Below are positions 50,694 through 63,004 of a stretch of 64,000 nucleotides of DNA, one piece after another (within the stretch, counting starts at the first letter, position 1; every line of letters begins with the position of its first letter). Both the position numbers and the translations under genes were made by a program. The notes below the pieces were generated by a model. That model saw only the letters and a list, made by a program, of their open reading frames with translations. It searched no databases and had not been told where the DNA came from. This stretch comes from Leucoraja erinacea. Taxonomy: Eukaryota. The stretch covers positions 19,840,001 to 19,904,000 of the forward strand of contig NC_073400.1 of assembly GCF_028641065.1 (NCBI RefSeq), read 5' to 3'.

Positions 50694-52149
50694 CTATGAT
50701 AGAGTAGGGTGTCTGGTGGCTGTGGGGAGAATCAGTGGAAGTGGGGGTGTCCATGGGCTGCGAAAGGAGGTACAATGGGTCTGGAATTTCGCTGATGGGG
50801 GATAGTGTTTTTGGGCTGTGAGAGGGGATTCAATATATGTGCTGTTTATGATTGGGGAAGTGTAGCATTTTGTGATTGTTCATGCTGGGAATTACTGCAT
50901 CTCAGGCTGTGCGAGGAGATTCAATGAGTACATACTTTGGGTGTGGGAAAGTGTCATTGCATGGTGGTAAAGTTGTGGTTTTATCATTTTGATCTGCTGA
51001 AATAAAACATTTTCAGAAACTGGGGTTTGTCATGTGAGATGACTCTGCAGGCGAGCTGGGGAATGTTTTTTTTAGAACTGCCTTTCCTGATGTCTGCTAA
51101 TCTTTGGTTGTCCCTTGTTAAGCTCTTGAGCTCTGATGAACATGTCTCACACCTGTGTTAGGTGTGTCTTCAGTAGCTGAGTGGTGCACGGAGCTTGGTG
51201 GTGCTTGCAAGGCATCAGCTTGCCAGTTATCACTATGTAACAATGTGAGATTGGTAACAAGCTGCAGCGTGACGGGGATAAACATCTCACAGCAGGGGAT
51301 TGAGTTGTGTGGAGGGGCAGACGCAAATGGGACAGTCTTCTTATTCTTTCATGTCCATCTTCCATGTTTCAAATGTTGACATCGCTGTCATCGTCTGTCC
51401 TGAAAAGGTCGCAAGCTGCAACAAGTGATGGCTCCCACGGATTAAAGGCAGTCAGACGGAGCAACTCCAGGGGTGGGAAGGTTAAAAAGATTGGAGTTGG
51501 TTATGAACTGGAGGAGTTTAGGGGAAAAGGGGTTGGAGTTGGAGTGCTGTGTTGTTGATCACCATCGAGAAGTTCCTGTGACTTTGAGTAAATTATAGTT
51601 GAATGGATTGCAAGGGTTCATTTTCTGGGAACCTCTGTCACAGAGTTTCTGGAGACAATTCAATGCTACCTTTAGCACAGAGTAAAAATGCAGGGCGGGT
51701 TTGCTGGCAGGGCATATGCAAAGCTTGTGAGACCGCAGCTTAGTACTGTCCCCACAATGGTTCTTTATTGTCACGTACGCACAGCACAGTGAGATTCTTT
51801 TGCACAACCACAAATGCACAGTCGCCACCTTTTGGCGCTGCCTGGTGCTTCCCTCCAGTTCACGTTACTCCAGGAGACTGAGCAGAGCTCCACAGCTTTG
51901 TTATTGTCAAGTGCTGCAAGGTACATGTTTGTCGGCGGCCCATATGAAAAACACATGCATGGTGAAATCCAACTATTCCATTAAGTACACAGGAACATTC
52001 AAACAGCCAGCTGCTCGCACCTGGCTTTACTGACTAGCGTGCCTGAGCGAGAGAGAGAAAGTCTTTGTGTAGTACCATAATACCTTGTAAAGGGTGGCAT
52101 GCACAGATGTGTGATGAAGGTTATAAATGGCATGAATTAATAAGGGTTA

Positions 52150-52940
52150 ATCTACAGTACAGTGAAAAGCTTTGCTTTGCATGCGATCCAGTCAAATCAG
52201 ATACTTCTCCACATAAATGCAATCAAGTCAAACTATAATACAGTAGAGCAATGGGGGAGATACAGAATGCAGAAAGTAGCTCTCAATATTGGAATGCATC
52301 CGTTCCATAGACAAAGACCAATGTCTGCAAATGGGTAAAGGTGAATCTGACTTATGGAAGGATGGTTCAGAAGCCGGATAACAGAAGAGACGGAGTTGTT
52401 CCTAGTATGGTGGGGTGTGCTTTCAAGCTTCTGTACCTTCTACCAGATGGGAGCAGGGAGAAGAAGGAATGACCGGCACGGGACAAGCCTTTGATTATGT
52501 TGGCTGCTTTTCCAAGGCAGCATGAATTGTAGATGGATCAATGATGGGAAGTCTGGTCTGTGTGATAGACTAGGCTGCATCTGTAACTCTCTGCAAATTC
52601 TTGTTGTCGGGCAGAGTTGTTCCCAAACCAAGCTGTGATGTATGCTGTATATTTTATTTGGTGCATCTCAAGAAGTTGGTAAGAGACATTGAAAACATGC
52701 CTAATTTCCTGAGCCTCCTAAAGAAGTCAATGCATTGGCGTACCTTCTTGGATGTGACATCGATATGATTGGACTACGACAGAATGTTAGTGATATTAAT
52801 GCGAAAGAACTTGAAACACTCAGCCATTTCCACTTTGGCACCAATGAAGCTGATTGCGGCAAGTACACCACCACACTTCCTGAAGTCAATAATTAGCTTC
52901 TTTGTCTTGCTGACATTGAGAGAAAGGTTATTAGTCTGAA
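52150..52940 (-). mobile_element. Old Rex1/Babar-like 3' fragment
   Basis: Reverse-complement similarity to the 30590-31320 copy (WFGN, LLPSG motifs). Confidence 0.65.
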
Positions 52941-53939
52941 ACCATGAGTGGGAGCTGGCACAGACTCCTTCGCACCCGTCTGAGGACAGAAGTCTGTTGA
53001 GGATGAGGACCTCAGAAAATACAGCATTGACTCAAAACTGCCCTTCACACGGTGCATTCGCATCAGAACTGCCCCTCATATAGTGTAGCGTTCCATCAGC
53101 TGCCCTCCAACAGAACTGAGTTTCTGAATTGATGTGAACTGCCATTCCCACAGTCTCGAGTGCCATTGGAAGTGCCCCTCACACAGTGCTGAGTCTCATT
53201 AGGACTGCTGTACCGAGAGTGCAGAGTACCAGCAAAACTGCCTTTTGAACCATTGTGATGTAGCAAGTGTACGGATTGGAGGGGTTATGGACTGGAGGGG
53301 TTTACAAAATAGGGTGTGGAGTTGGAATGCTGTGTTGTTGATTTGTCCAGATATTACTGTGCCTTTGGGTAAATTATTGTTTCATTTATTGCAAGGGTTT
53401 GTTTTCTGGAAACCAATGACTCACAGAATTTCTGCAAGTGTATACTCAGAGTAAGAGTTCCGGCTTAGTGTGTTAAATCATTATGAGAAAGGCGAGTAGA
53501 GTCAGCATGTTGAAATCTCCTGTTTTCCTGGGGTAATCCTGGTAGTTCTCTTTCCCCATCCCACGGTGTGGGAGTCCCTCAGCACATTCTTTGCACAGTG
53601 GTGCACACTCAGTACTGCCCTTTAGATAGTGCAGTACTCCCTCAGTGCTGCCCTTCCTACAGTGTTGCACCCTCTCAGTGCGACTCCTCCCACAGTGAGC
53701 ACTTCCTCAACTCCACACTCCTCCACAGCAGCAACCCCTCAGTACTACTCCAGTATGACGCTCCCTTTAATATCTTCTATGGGTGCCAGTGTTGCCTCTC
53801 CCATATTGCAGCATTCCTCACATTTTTTCTCACCTTATATTCCATTTGCCTTGTCTTTCACCCCTTGAGGCCCCTCTATATCCTCCCCACAGCCTTAACC
53901 GCCATTAACCTCAATAACCTGGATATGTTACACGATCTC

Positions 53940-54600
53940 CTTAGTTTAGTTTAGAGATACAGCATGGAAACGGGTCCTTCGGCCCACCGAGCCCGCGCCG
54001 ACTTGCAATTCCCGCACACTAACACTATCCTGCACATTGGTGACACTTTACAGTTATACCAAGCCAATTAGCCTATAAACCTGGAGTGTGGGAGGAAACT
54101 GGATTGCGGGAGTGTGCAGGTTATATATAAACTCCTTACAAACATGCACTCGTAGTGAGGATCAAACCTGGGTCTCTGGCACTGTAAGGCAGCAACTTTG
54201 CCACTGTGCCACCCTTGCAGATTGTTGATGTCAACAGTGAATAATTGGGCTACAGCACCAATCCCGGTGGCATCTCTCTAGATGTAACTCAAAAATGACT
54301 CTTTTATTCCTACTGCCTGTTAACCAACCTACAACCACGCAGCATTCTCCTTATCAAATGGCTCTGAGAAACTTCTCTGGACCCAGTAGAGTGGCGAGGA
54401 AAGCTACTGGCCTCACGTCTCCAGAAACCCAGGTTCAATCCCAACCTCAGAAGCTGTCTGTGTGAAGTTTCCATGGTCTCCTCGTGACCACATGGGTTTC
54501 CCTGGAGTGCTCCATTTTCATCCTACATGCCAAAGGTGTGCAGAGAGGAGAATAAATTGCCCGCTGTAAATTGCCCCAGGTGTGTAGGCGAGTAGGGATC
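53940..54600. mobile_element. Two tRNA-derived V-SINE-like copies (53940-54215 minus; ~54385-54600 plus)
   Basis: B-box GGTTCAATCC followed by GTCTGTGTGAAGTTT...GTGACC..TGGGTTTCC; (TTTAG)n tail. Confidence 0.6.
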
Positions 54601-55399
54601 GGTGGTGGGTGTTGGAGCTCATGACATTGTCACAAGGCCAGGGGGAGATATGAAATTACATAGTGGGAAGAAAGGCCTCGTTCTGTATCTTTATAAATAA
54701 ATCAATGTCAACACTAATTAATAATTGAGTTTGAAGATGGGTTTCAACTTTTAGTTGAGTTTAATTTAGAGATACAGCGCTGAATTCACTGTATCTCTAA
54801 CTCGGATCTCTGGGGCTATAGGCAGAAAATACCACTGCGCCACCACGCCGACTTGAAATGTCAAGAATCTGTAAAAGGGTATCCACCCGAAACGTCGCCT
54901 ATCCATGTTCTCCACAAATGCTGCCTGACTAGTTGAGTTACTTCAGCACTTTGTGTCATTGTCTGCAGTTCTTTGTTTCTGCCTCTTAATTCTAGATAGT
55001 CGTAGACCATGCAAACAAGCCCTTTGGCCCAACTCTTCCATGCTGGCCAAGTGCTCATCTAAGCTAGTCCCATTTTCCAGCATTTGATCCATATCCCATA
55101 TTCCTCCTAATCTTTTCTAACCATGTTTTTCAAAATGTTATTATGCCTGCCTCAACCATTTCCTCTGGCAGTTGCCCCTCAGGTTCCAGATAACCTACAA
55201 ACCCGTACCTCTCTGGGATCTAGGATAATACCTGAGCACTCCTGGGTTTTCCTCTGTAGCCCTTCTTGATGAAAGCACAACATTTTGTTTAGTTTAATTT
55301 AGAGATACAATATGGAAACAGGCCCTTCGGCCCATTTAGTACACGCCGACCATCGATCAATAGTTCGCGTTAGTTCTATGTTATCCCACTTTCTCATCC

Positions 55400-56430
55400 A
55401 CTCTTCTTATCAACATTCTTCTTTTGCTTTCCCTGTCTCTCGTTATCTGCAAGTTTCTATTCCCCTCTTTCTTTGTCTGTTTGCTTTTGTTTCCTGTCTT
55501 CCTCTTTCCATCACCACACTCACTGTCTCCTCCTCATCCTCTAGCCCACTTCATCTTAATACACCTTCACCCTCTCTATCCCGTTTTACTCATTACTTTC
55601 TCTCTCTCTCTCTGTCCCACTTTCCTCAATCAATTTGCCCCTTTTCCTTTCTTGCCCCCTCTCTCTGCTCCCCTCTCCTTTCCCTCATTCCCTTACTGCT
55701 GCTCCATGCACCTTTCTCCCTCCCATCACCCTCGCTCTGACCTTTTGTCTTTACTTTCCCTTCTTTCTCACCCTCCCCCCAAGTCTGTCTTTCTCTCACT
55801 CTATCTGCCTGTTTTCCAATCTTTCTCTCCCCCACTGCTTTTTTATCTATTTGCCTCTTTTTTGGCTTCCCTTCTTTCTCTCCCAACCCCCTCTATGTCC
55901 CTCTTTCCATCAATCCCAGTGTGGCTCTGTCTCCCCCATTTCCCCTTACTCTCTCCCTCTATCTCTGACCATCTCCTTCTTTCCTGTCTCTCTCCCCGCC
56001 CTTACTCCCGCCTCTCCCCCCTCTCTCCGCATTTTCTGACACCTCTACTCTTTTTCTTTGGCACATCTCTCACTCCCCCTTGCTCTCTGCCCCTCCCCTA
56101 TGGCCCTACACATTTTCTCTTCCTCTCCCTTCTCCTTCTCTGTGCCCCACATTTACCTACCTCTCCCTCACCCTCTCTTTCCCCCCCACTGCAATATCAC
56201 TCCTCCACCCTCTTTATCTGCCCCGTTCCTTTCTTTCTCTGACCCCTTTCCTTTTCTCTCCCTTCCCGTTCTCCTTTACTCTCCCACCCTCTGTGACCCA
56301 TTTCCTCCCTGCCCCATCTCCTTCTCTATGCTCACTTCCCCGTTCTCTCCCCACCTCTCTGCCCTTTCTCTCCCTCTCTTTGTCCCCTCTTCTCACAGTC
56401 TCTCTCTCTGTCTACACCCCCTCCCTCTCT
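55400..56430. repeat. ~1 kb polypyrimidine (CT-rich) low-complexity tract upstream of gene B
   Basis: Strongly C/T-biased on +. Confidence 0.9.
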
Positions 56431-56459
56431 ACAGCCAGATCTGGGCTGATCTGGGCTGG

Positions 56460-56644
56460 TCCCTGTGGCTTTTATTTTGATTCTGCTCTCACGTGCGTCA
56501 GGAAGTGCTGAGTCTTGTGGTCACTTGACCATTCTGAGCCTCTCCCTCTCTATCTGCAGCCAGTCTGTGACCTTGTCTCACTGGGATCACACGGAATATT
56601 TGCCACCTCTGCCACTCAGACCCCTTTGCAACAGCTGTCAAACA
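56460..56644 (+). promoter_or_regulatory. Putative leukocyte-type promoter of gene B
   Basis: Overlapping CACGTG (56490), TGCGTCA (56494), CAGGAAGTG ETS (56499) and TGTGGTC RUNX (56516), ~125-155 bp before the ATG. Confidence 0.5.
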
Positions 56645-56702
56645 ATGGATACCCTGCTCAAGGCTGTACTGGGAGTCATCATCTTTTGCTCCATGTGGAC
56701 TG
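56645..56702 (+). CDS. Gene B exon 1: signal peptide MDTLLKAVLGVIIFCSMWT
   Basis: ACAATGG Kozak context, 58 nt (19 codons + 1), donor G|GTGAGT; joins GSAG of the next exon to complete a cleavage site. Confidence 0.8.
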
Positions 56703-58024
56703 GTGAGTTGGGGTGGGGACATGGAAGGCAGAGGAAGCGCGGAGTGAGAGAGGGTGGGAAAAGTGAGCGTGTGGGCAAGAGGGGCGAGCGGCAGAGACAG
56801 GGAGCGAGGACAATCAGCAGGATGAGACAGGGAGTAGTGAGAGAGTGATAGCAAGAGGGAGTGGGAAAGAACACTGAGGAATGAATAATAGACTGAGGGG
56901 CTGTTGCTCCTGAGGATGGTTCAGAGGGGCGGAGTGATGGGGAGGGAGAACCAAACGGAGGATCTGCTGTTGCTCTTGAATTCTCAGTTCCCCTCTATTG
57001 CCCATTGTCTCGGCATCCCCCGAGACACAGAGGGTAAACGATATACACTGTGACCAGTGCTGTGGGTCAACCTCTTCCCCAGCACAGTCCAGGCAAAGGT
57101 CCTTTCCCCCTTTTCAGCCACAACATTCTCCCAAGGGCTCTCACTGCATCTCAACCGGCTTTCTCACCCTATACCGCTGCCACTGCTGCTTCAGACTTAT
57201 AAGTCATTTCTATACTAACTGGTTGAGGAAGTGAGGATGCGGTGTGGGGGGGGGGGTGGTTAGCACCTGGTGAGGTGATATTGTAGTGGGTCAAGGGGTG
57301 GTCAGCACAAGAGGGCTGTGAGGGACCGTATCTCTCCCCTTTCTTAGAGTCTCCATTGTACAGAATAAGCTTTAAATGGGTGTATCGCAGGAAAAGTGAA
57401 CTGTGAGGAGGACCTCTGACACCCACAGGTTATGAGAGAGAGAGCGAGAGAGAGAGAGAGAGAGAGAGGAGTCAGCAAAAGCAGGGTGAGGAGTAGGGAG
57501 AGAGGGAGAATGTGGGAGGAGAGAAAGTGACAAGTCTGAGAAAAAGGAAATCAAGAGAGCGGGTGAAGTCAGCTGGCAGGACACAGAAAGAAGGGTGGTG
57601 GCAGTCAGTGGGATGGGGGGGCAGTAAAGAAGGGACGATGGGTGGGGGGAATGGTGATCTACCTCAATGCTATTGTCCGGCACTAACCCCACATCTTGTG
57701 ATTCCATCAATATCCAAAAATGTCAACTTTATCCAACTTTACACAAATTCTCCCATACATCTTATAGAGCATTTGTCAAGCTGGTGAGCTGGTGATAATA
57801 GTGACAATGTATTTCATGGTATTTATTAATGACTGCATTCAGTAAACATTCCATTTGCAGAATTACGGGTAATGTTGGTGTGTTTATTTGATGAAATGCA
57901 AGAATTTTAGCATGTGTATAGGGCAAAATGTAGATTTCTGCAGAAAAGTTTAGTTTTTGACGCATAGATACCGGCTGCTGGACTGTTCTCAGGAACGAAA
58001 CTCTGGCGTAACCCAGGGACTGCT

Positions 58025-58340
58025 GTATTAAAAAAAATCATAAAATGTATTCAATTACTTAAAATTAATATTTACACTACAATAAAACAACCTAGAACCC
58101 ACCACCATACCACAATACAAACATATATCCTTAATAAACTACTATACAACTATGATACAATCCTTATTGAGGATACATTCAACACTCTGCGGAGCCCAGT
58201 GGTCCCGGAACTCCCTCAGGGTGCCCGTGGACAGCGCGTATTCCCTTTCTAACTGCACCCAGACACGGACCTATCCCCGGAAATGGGGCAGGCAGCTAGT
58301 TCGATTAGAGCCCTCCACCGCCTGGCGCCATGACTCGCGG
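58025..58340 (-). mobile_element. Tx1/L1-like 3' end fragment
   Basis: The minus strand reads ...FRG.VRV.VQLEREYALSTGTLREFRDHWAPQSVECIL..., followed by an AT-rich 3'UTR. Confidence 0.55.
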
Positions 58341-58920
58341 AGGACTGCTGGTTTTGGTGAGGTTGTGAAAGATGTTCACACCAGCACTACTGTGCAGTTT
58401 TGTTCATCTAATTGAAGAAGATACACCAGCATTGTGGGCAGTCCCAAAGATATTCACTCTGACAATTCACAGGATGAAAGGACAATCCTATCGCAAATAA
58501 CTAAAGCAATTAGATCAATATTGTTTGGGGTTTAGAAGAATGAGGGGTGACCTTACTGATCCTACAAGATCCTGCTGGAGTTCAACAAGGTAGATGATAA
58601 GATGTAATAACCAGTGGAAGATTGTTGAATAGGGTAGAGAGTTACGTGGCAATTTAAAACAGAATATTTTGCAGAAGTGATGAATCTCTAGAATGTTTTT
58701 ACCCGAGAAGGCTCTGGAGGCCAGATCATTGGGGATTATAAAGAGGAAGTCTGTAAGTTTTTGTGAGGTTAGAGAGCTATGGGGAACTGGCACAGAACAG
58801 GAGTTGAGGCCTGCGACAGATCACCAGGATCATAATGAATGGTGGCAGGCTTGTGGGCCGAGTGGCCGCCTCCTGCTTCTATCTGTTTGTGTTCATTCTT
58901 AGTTTCTTCCTTTTTGGTTA

Positions 58921-59225
58921 CAGCGCCCTCCATAATGTTTGGGACAAAGACCCATCATTTATTCATTTGCCTCTGTACTCCACAATTTGAGATTTGTAAT
59001 AGAAAAAAAATCACACTGGTTAAAGTGCATATTGTAAGATTTTCATAAAGGCAATTTTTACACATTTTGGTTTCACCATGTAGAAATTACAGCCGTGTTT
59101 ATACATAGTTCCCCATTTCAGGGCACCATAATGTTTGGGACACAACAATGTCATGTAAATGAAAGTAGTCATGTTTAGTATGTTGCTGCATATCCTTTAC
59201 ATGCAATGACTGCTTGAATTCTGGA
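58921..59225 (+). mobile_element. Tc1/mariner IR-DR terminal fragment
   Basis: TA|CAGCGCCCTCCATAATGTTTGGGACA with an inner direct repeat CCATAATGTTTGGGACA at ~59126. Confidence 0.65.
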
Positions 59226-59483
59226 CATCATCAGTCCATGAATGTTCCCATCTACTGAATTTCCCACAGCCCACGGATACTCCATCTCTGCCCGCTGAAA
59301 CCACTCACACAGTGCAGACACTCTCTCCCATCACAGACTCTCTCCGCCCATTGAATCTCTGTGGGCCCATCGACATTTGCCTCCATCACCGAATCTCCCC
59401 ACACACCGAATCCCCTCTCCCACAGAAACTCTTCCCCCGTCGCCGACCCTCCCCACCAACTGAATCCCCCCCCTCACAGCATA

Positions 59484-60553
59484 CATAGAAACATAGAAAA
59501 TAGGTGCAGGAGTAGGCCATTCGGCCCTTCGAGCCTGCACCGCCATTCAATATGATCATGGCTGATCATCCAACTCAGTATCCCGTACCTGCCTTCTCTC
59601 CATACCCCCTGATCCCTTTAGCCACAAGGGCACATCTAACTCCTTCTTAAATATAGCCAATGAACTGGCCTCAACTACCTTCTGTGGCAGAGAGTTTCAG
59701 AGATTCACCACTCTCTGTGTGAAAAATGTTTTTCTCATCTCGGTCCTAAAGGATTTCCCCCTTATCCTTAAGCTGTGACCGCTTGTCCTGGACTTCCTCA
59801 ACATCGGGAACAATCTTCCTGCATCTAGCCTGTCCAACCCCTTAAGAATTTTGTAAGTTTCTACAAGATCCCCTCTCAATCTCCTAAATTCTAATGAGAA
59901 CAAGCCGAGTCTATCCAGTCTTTCTTCATATGAAAGTCCTGACATCCCAGTAATCAGTCTGGTGAACCTTCTCTGCACTCCCTCTATGGCAATAATGTCC
60001 TTCCTCAGATTTGGACACCAAAACTGTACGCAATACTCCAGGTGTGGTCTCACCAAGACCCTGTACAACTGCAATAGAACCTCCCTGCTCCTATACTCAA
60101 ATCATTTTGCTATGAATGCTAACATACCATTCACTTTCTTCACTGCCTGCTGCACCTGCATGCCTACTTTCAATGACTGGTGTACCATGACACCCAGGTC
60201 TCGTTGCATCTCCCCTTTTCATAATCGGCCACCATTTAGATAATAGTCTGCTTTCCTGTTTTTGCCACCAAAGTGGATAACCTCACATTTATCCACATTA
60301 TACTGCATCTGCCATGCATTTGCCCACTCACCCAGCCTATCCGTCACCTTTCAGCCTCCTAGCATCCTCCTCACAGCTAACACTGCCCCCCAGCTTAGTG
60401 TCATCTGCAAACTTGGAGATGTTGCATTTAATTCCCTCGTCCAAATCATTAATATATATTGTAAATAGTTGGGGTCCCAGCACTGAGCCTTGCGGTACCC
60501 CACTAGTCACTACCTGCCATTCTGAAAAGGACTTGTTTACTCCTACTCTTTGC
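59484..60553 (-). mobile_element. CR1 3' fragment in intron 1 of gene B
   Basis: RT C-terminal motifs; highly similar to 267-1201 and 24716-25800. Confidence 0.95.
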
Positions 60554-60806
60554 AGGAGTAGGATGCTCCCACTGCGTGTAGGTGCAGACGCACGCTGAAC
60601 TGTCCCATGCTGTATGCGGGGAATATTTACAGGAAGTTTCCTGCCTTTTGAGCAGATGGGTGTTCTGCCCTTTAAACTGATCGTGCACTTGCTGTCCCCG
60701 TGATGCAACACGGCCTGGTTCAGTCAGGTCGTGTGGCCCTGTGTTGATGACCCCGTGTGCAGCGCCGATATCAGACTGGGCTCTAACCTCACTCTCTCCT
60801 CCCCAG

Positions 60807-61088
60807 GTTCCGCGGGAAAGATTGCCTACACGGTTGAGAAACTCTCCCCCACGGGCAGTCCCTGTCAGTTGGAGTTGAGATGCGCTATCCAGGGACAAGC
60901 AACAAAATTCCACTGGTACCGAGGTAGCACCAAAATATCTGACGACAGCAGGCACCGTGTGGAATTCGGAGGCGAGCAGCTGACCGTCACACCTGACTCC
61001 AACACCAACAGCGCCGTGTACAAATGCCTTTCGGAGGCAACCCAGGAGGACCTATCCGTTGACGTGGCCCCAGCCTGTAACTTCATTG
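60807..61088 (+). CDS. Gene B exon 2: CD2/SLAM-like four-Cys C2 Ig domain
   Basis: 282-nt phase 1-1 exon (acceptor ...ctcctccccAG; donor G|GCGAGT, GC-type). CQLELRC...FHWYRG...LTV...VYKC...AC. Confidence 0.8.
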
Positions 61089-62561
61089 GCGAGTTTATGC
61101 AAAAAACTGGTTGGACTTTTTGTTATGTCTCCCCCCCTGCACCCCAGTAATTTCTCTCCTGTCCCGCCACCAATCTCACACAGTCGTCGAAGTGGAAAGG
61201 GACACACGTGCATATGCATTGAACCACTCACTCAATCACACGGTCATCCACTAGATAGTCGTGTACATATCTGCAGGAATCTTACCCAACTAGTCTTGCT
61301 CCCAGTGAAACTTACACACTCATGTATTTACACAAACACAATCTCAAACATGTCACAAGTTCACCATTACCGACGTACACTTGCACACATGCACCTACCT
61401 ACCTCCCATAATGAGTTGCAGATAGGGACATGAGAATTATGCACTTACACATAGTCTCACACAAACGCAGACCTGTGCAGAGAAAATCACACACCATTGG
61501 CACAAACCGTCTCACGGTTAAACATAAGTGGCCACACATACCTGTAACACTGCACAATAAAGCTATCTGCAAAGTTGGATGCCCAGCCTCTCACATACAG
61601 ACACATGGTCTGTCATACATAGACATGCATACATATACATAGTTTCTGTCTCTCTCCCCCACACACAGGCATAGAAATCAGATACACATCCACACGCACA
61701 CACAGATCCAAAGAAGTAATCAAATCAAAAAGGTACACCGCCTCACACACACAAATCAATACAATCTCATGAACACACACACATGCACACACACACACAT
61801 ACATGCACAGTTATCTGCACAATCATAGAATTGCATACACAATCACAGACACACAGATGAACAATCAAAGACACAGCCAACTGCACTAAAAATCACATTC
61901 TCACCATCACACACAGATACTACCATCAGAATCTCTCTCTGACACACAAAGTGAAATGTATGCACTTAGTTATACATAACGTTAAATACACATTTAGACA
62001 GGTACATGGACAGGGTAGATTTGGAGGGATATAAGCCAAAAGCGGGCAGGTGGAAATAGTTTAGTTGAGGAAAGTTGAGCCGAAGGGCCTGTTTCCGCGT
62101 TGTGTGACTATAAGACTAATTGCATTCATACATAGTTAAGCACACACAGACCATTACACATCTCACACATCTAGTCGCAGATATACATATGAACAGCCAG
62201 AATACACAATCACGGGCACAAACACACCTTGAGTGTTTCAGACATGCAATAGACAGGTGTGAACAGTTAAAGAACAGGATCATAAGTTCATGTTAGAGTA
62301 GCAGAATTAGGCCATTTGGCCCATCAGGTCTACACCATTCATTCATGGCTGATCTTGCATACACACCATACAGCGTGACACACAAATGGTCAAACACACA
62401 TGGATGGTCACGTCTTCAAAACCAGACAGGACGCTATTTCTGTCTCACATGTAAATTAACACGGATTGTCATAGGTAATGACAATAATGCACATGATGCA
62501 CAGCGATCCTCTACTCTGTGCACGGAACGCCGGTGAGTATCCCGTTTCTTTCTGTTCACAG

Positions 62562-62674
62562 GCTCTTCGTGCATGTGCTCCCGAGTTAGGATGGCCATGA
62601 CAATCACCTTCCTGTGCCTGTGGTTCAGTGCCTTGGGATTCACCGCCTACTTCTGCTGTGGACAGACCAGTTAA
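62562..62674 (+). CDS. Gene B exon 3: stalk (CxC), transmembrane helix and short tail
   Basis: Acceptor tttctttctgttcacAG, phase 1. GSSCMCSRVRMAMTITFLCLWFSALGFTAYFCCGQTS-stop is in frame with exon 2. Confidence 0.7.
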
Positions 62675-63004
62675 GTGGGGGACTTCTTGGGTTAGGGCAG
62701 CATGGAGAGGGCAGGGACTGGATGATAAACCAGAGGTAACGGACACAAGAAACTGTAGATGCTGGAACCATGAGCACAACGCAAGTGCTGGAGGAACTCA
62801 AAAGACTAATCATCAGTGTGATGAAGGCTCCCGACCCCAAACGCCTGTTGATTCCCTCCCTGAATGGCAAAGTTCCTCCTACACTTTGATTATACTCCAA
62901 ATGCCCGAAGCAGCTGAGAATTCTGAAGGGCCTGTCCCACTTGGGCGTCAATTGCGCGTCATTTATGTGACAGGCCGGTGGTGACTGTCGCACGAAAATC
63001 ACCT

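Noticed and set aside
51155-51379. Cys-rich peptide WCTELGGACKASAC resembling a beta-defensin start
   Set aside because: Later Cys spacing and the terminal CC do not fit, and no leader exon is linked.
53000-53760. Spaced CAGTACTGCCC-like repeats as a CRISPR-like array
   Set aside because: This is a degenerate simple satellite in eukaryotic DNA with no constant repeat and unique spacer structure.
55312-56511. Long Leu/Ser/Pro/Phe-rich ORFs (up to 272 aa)
   Set aside because: They are artefacts of the stop-poor CT-rich tract.
62475-62532. Apparent mini-exon with a GTGAGT donor before gene B's TM exon
   Set aside because: It would leave a 29-nt intron and shift the frame.
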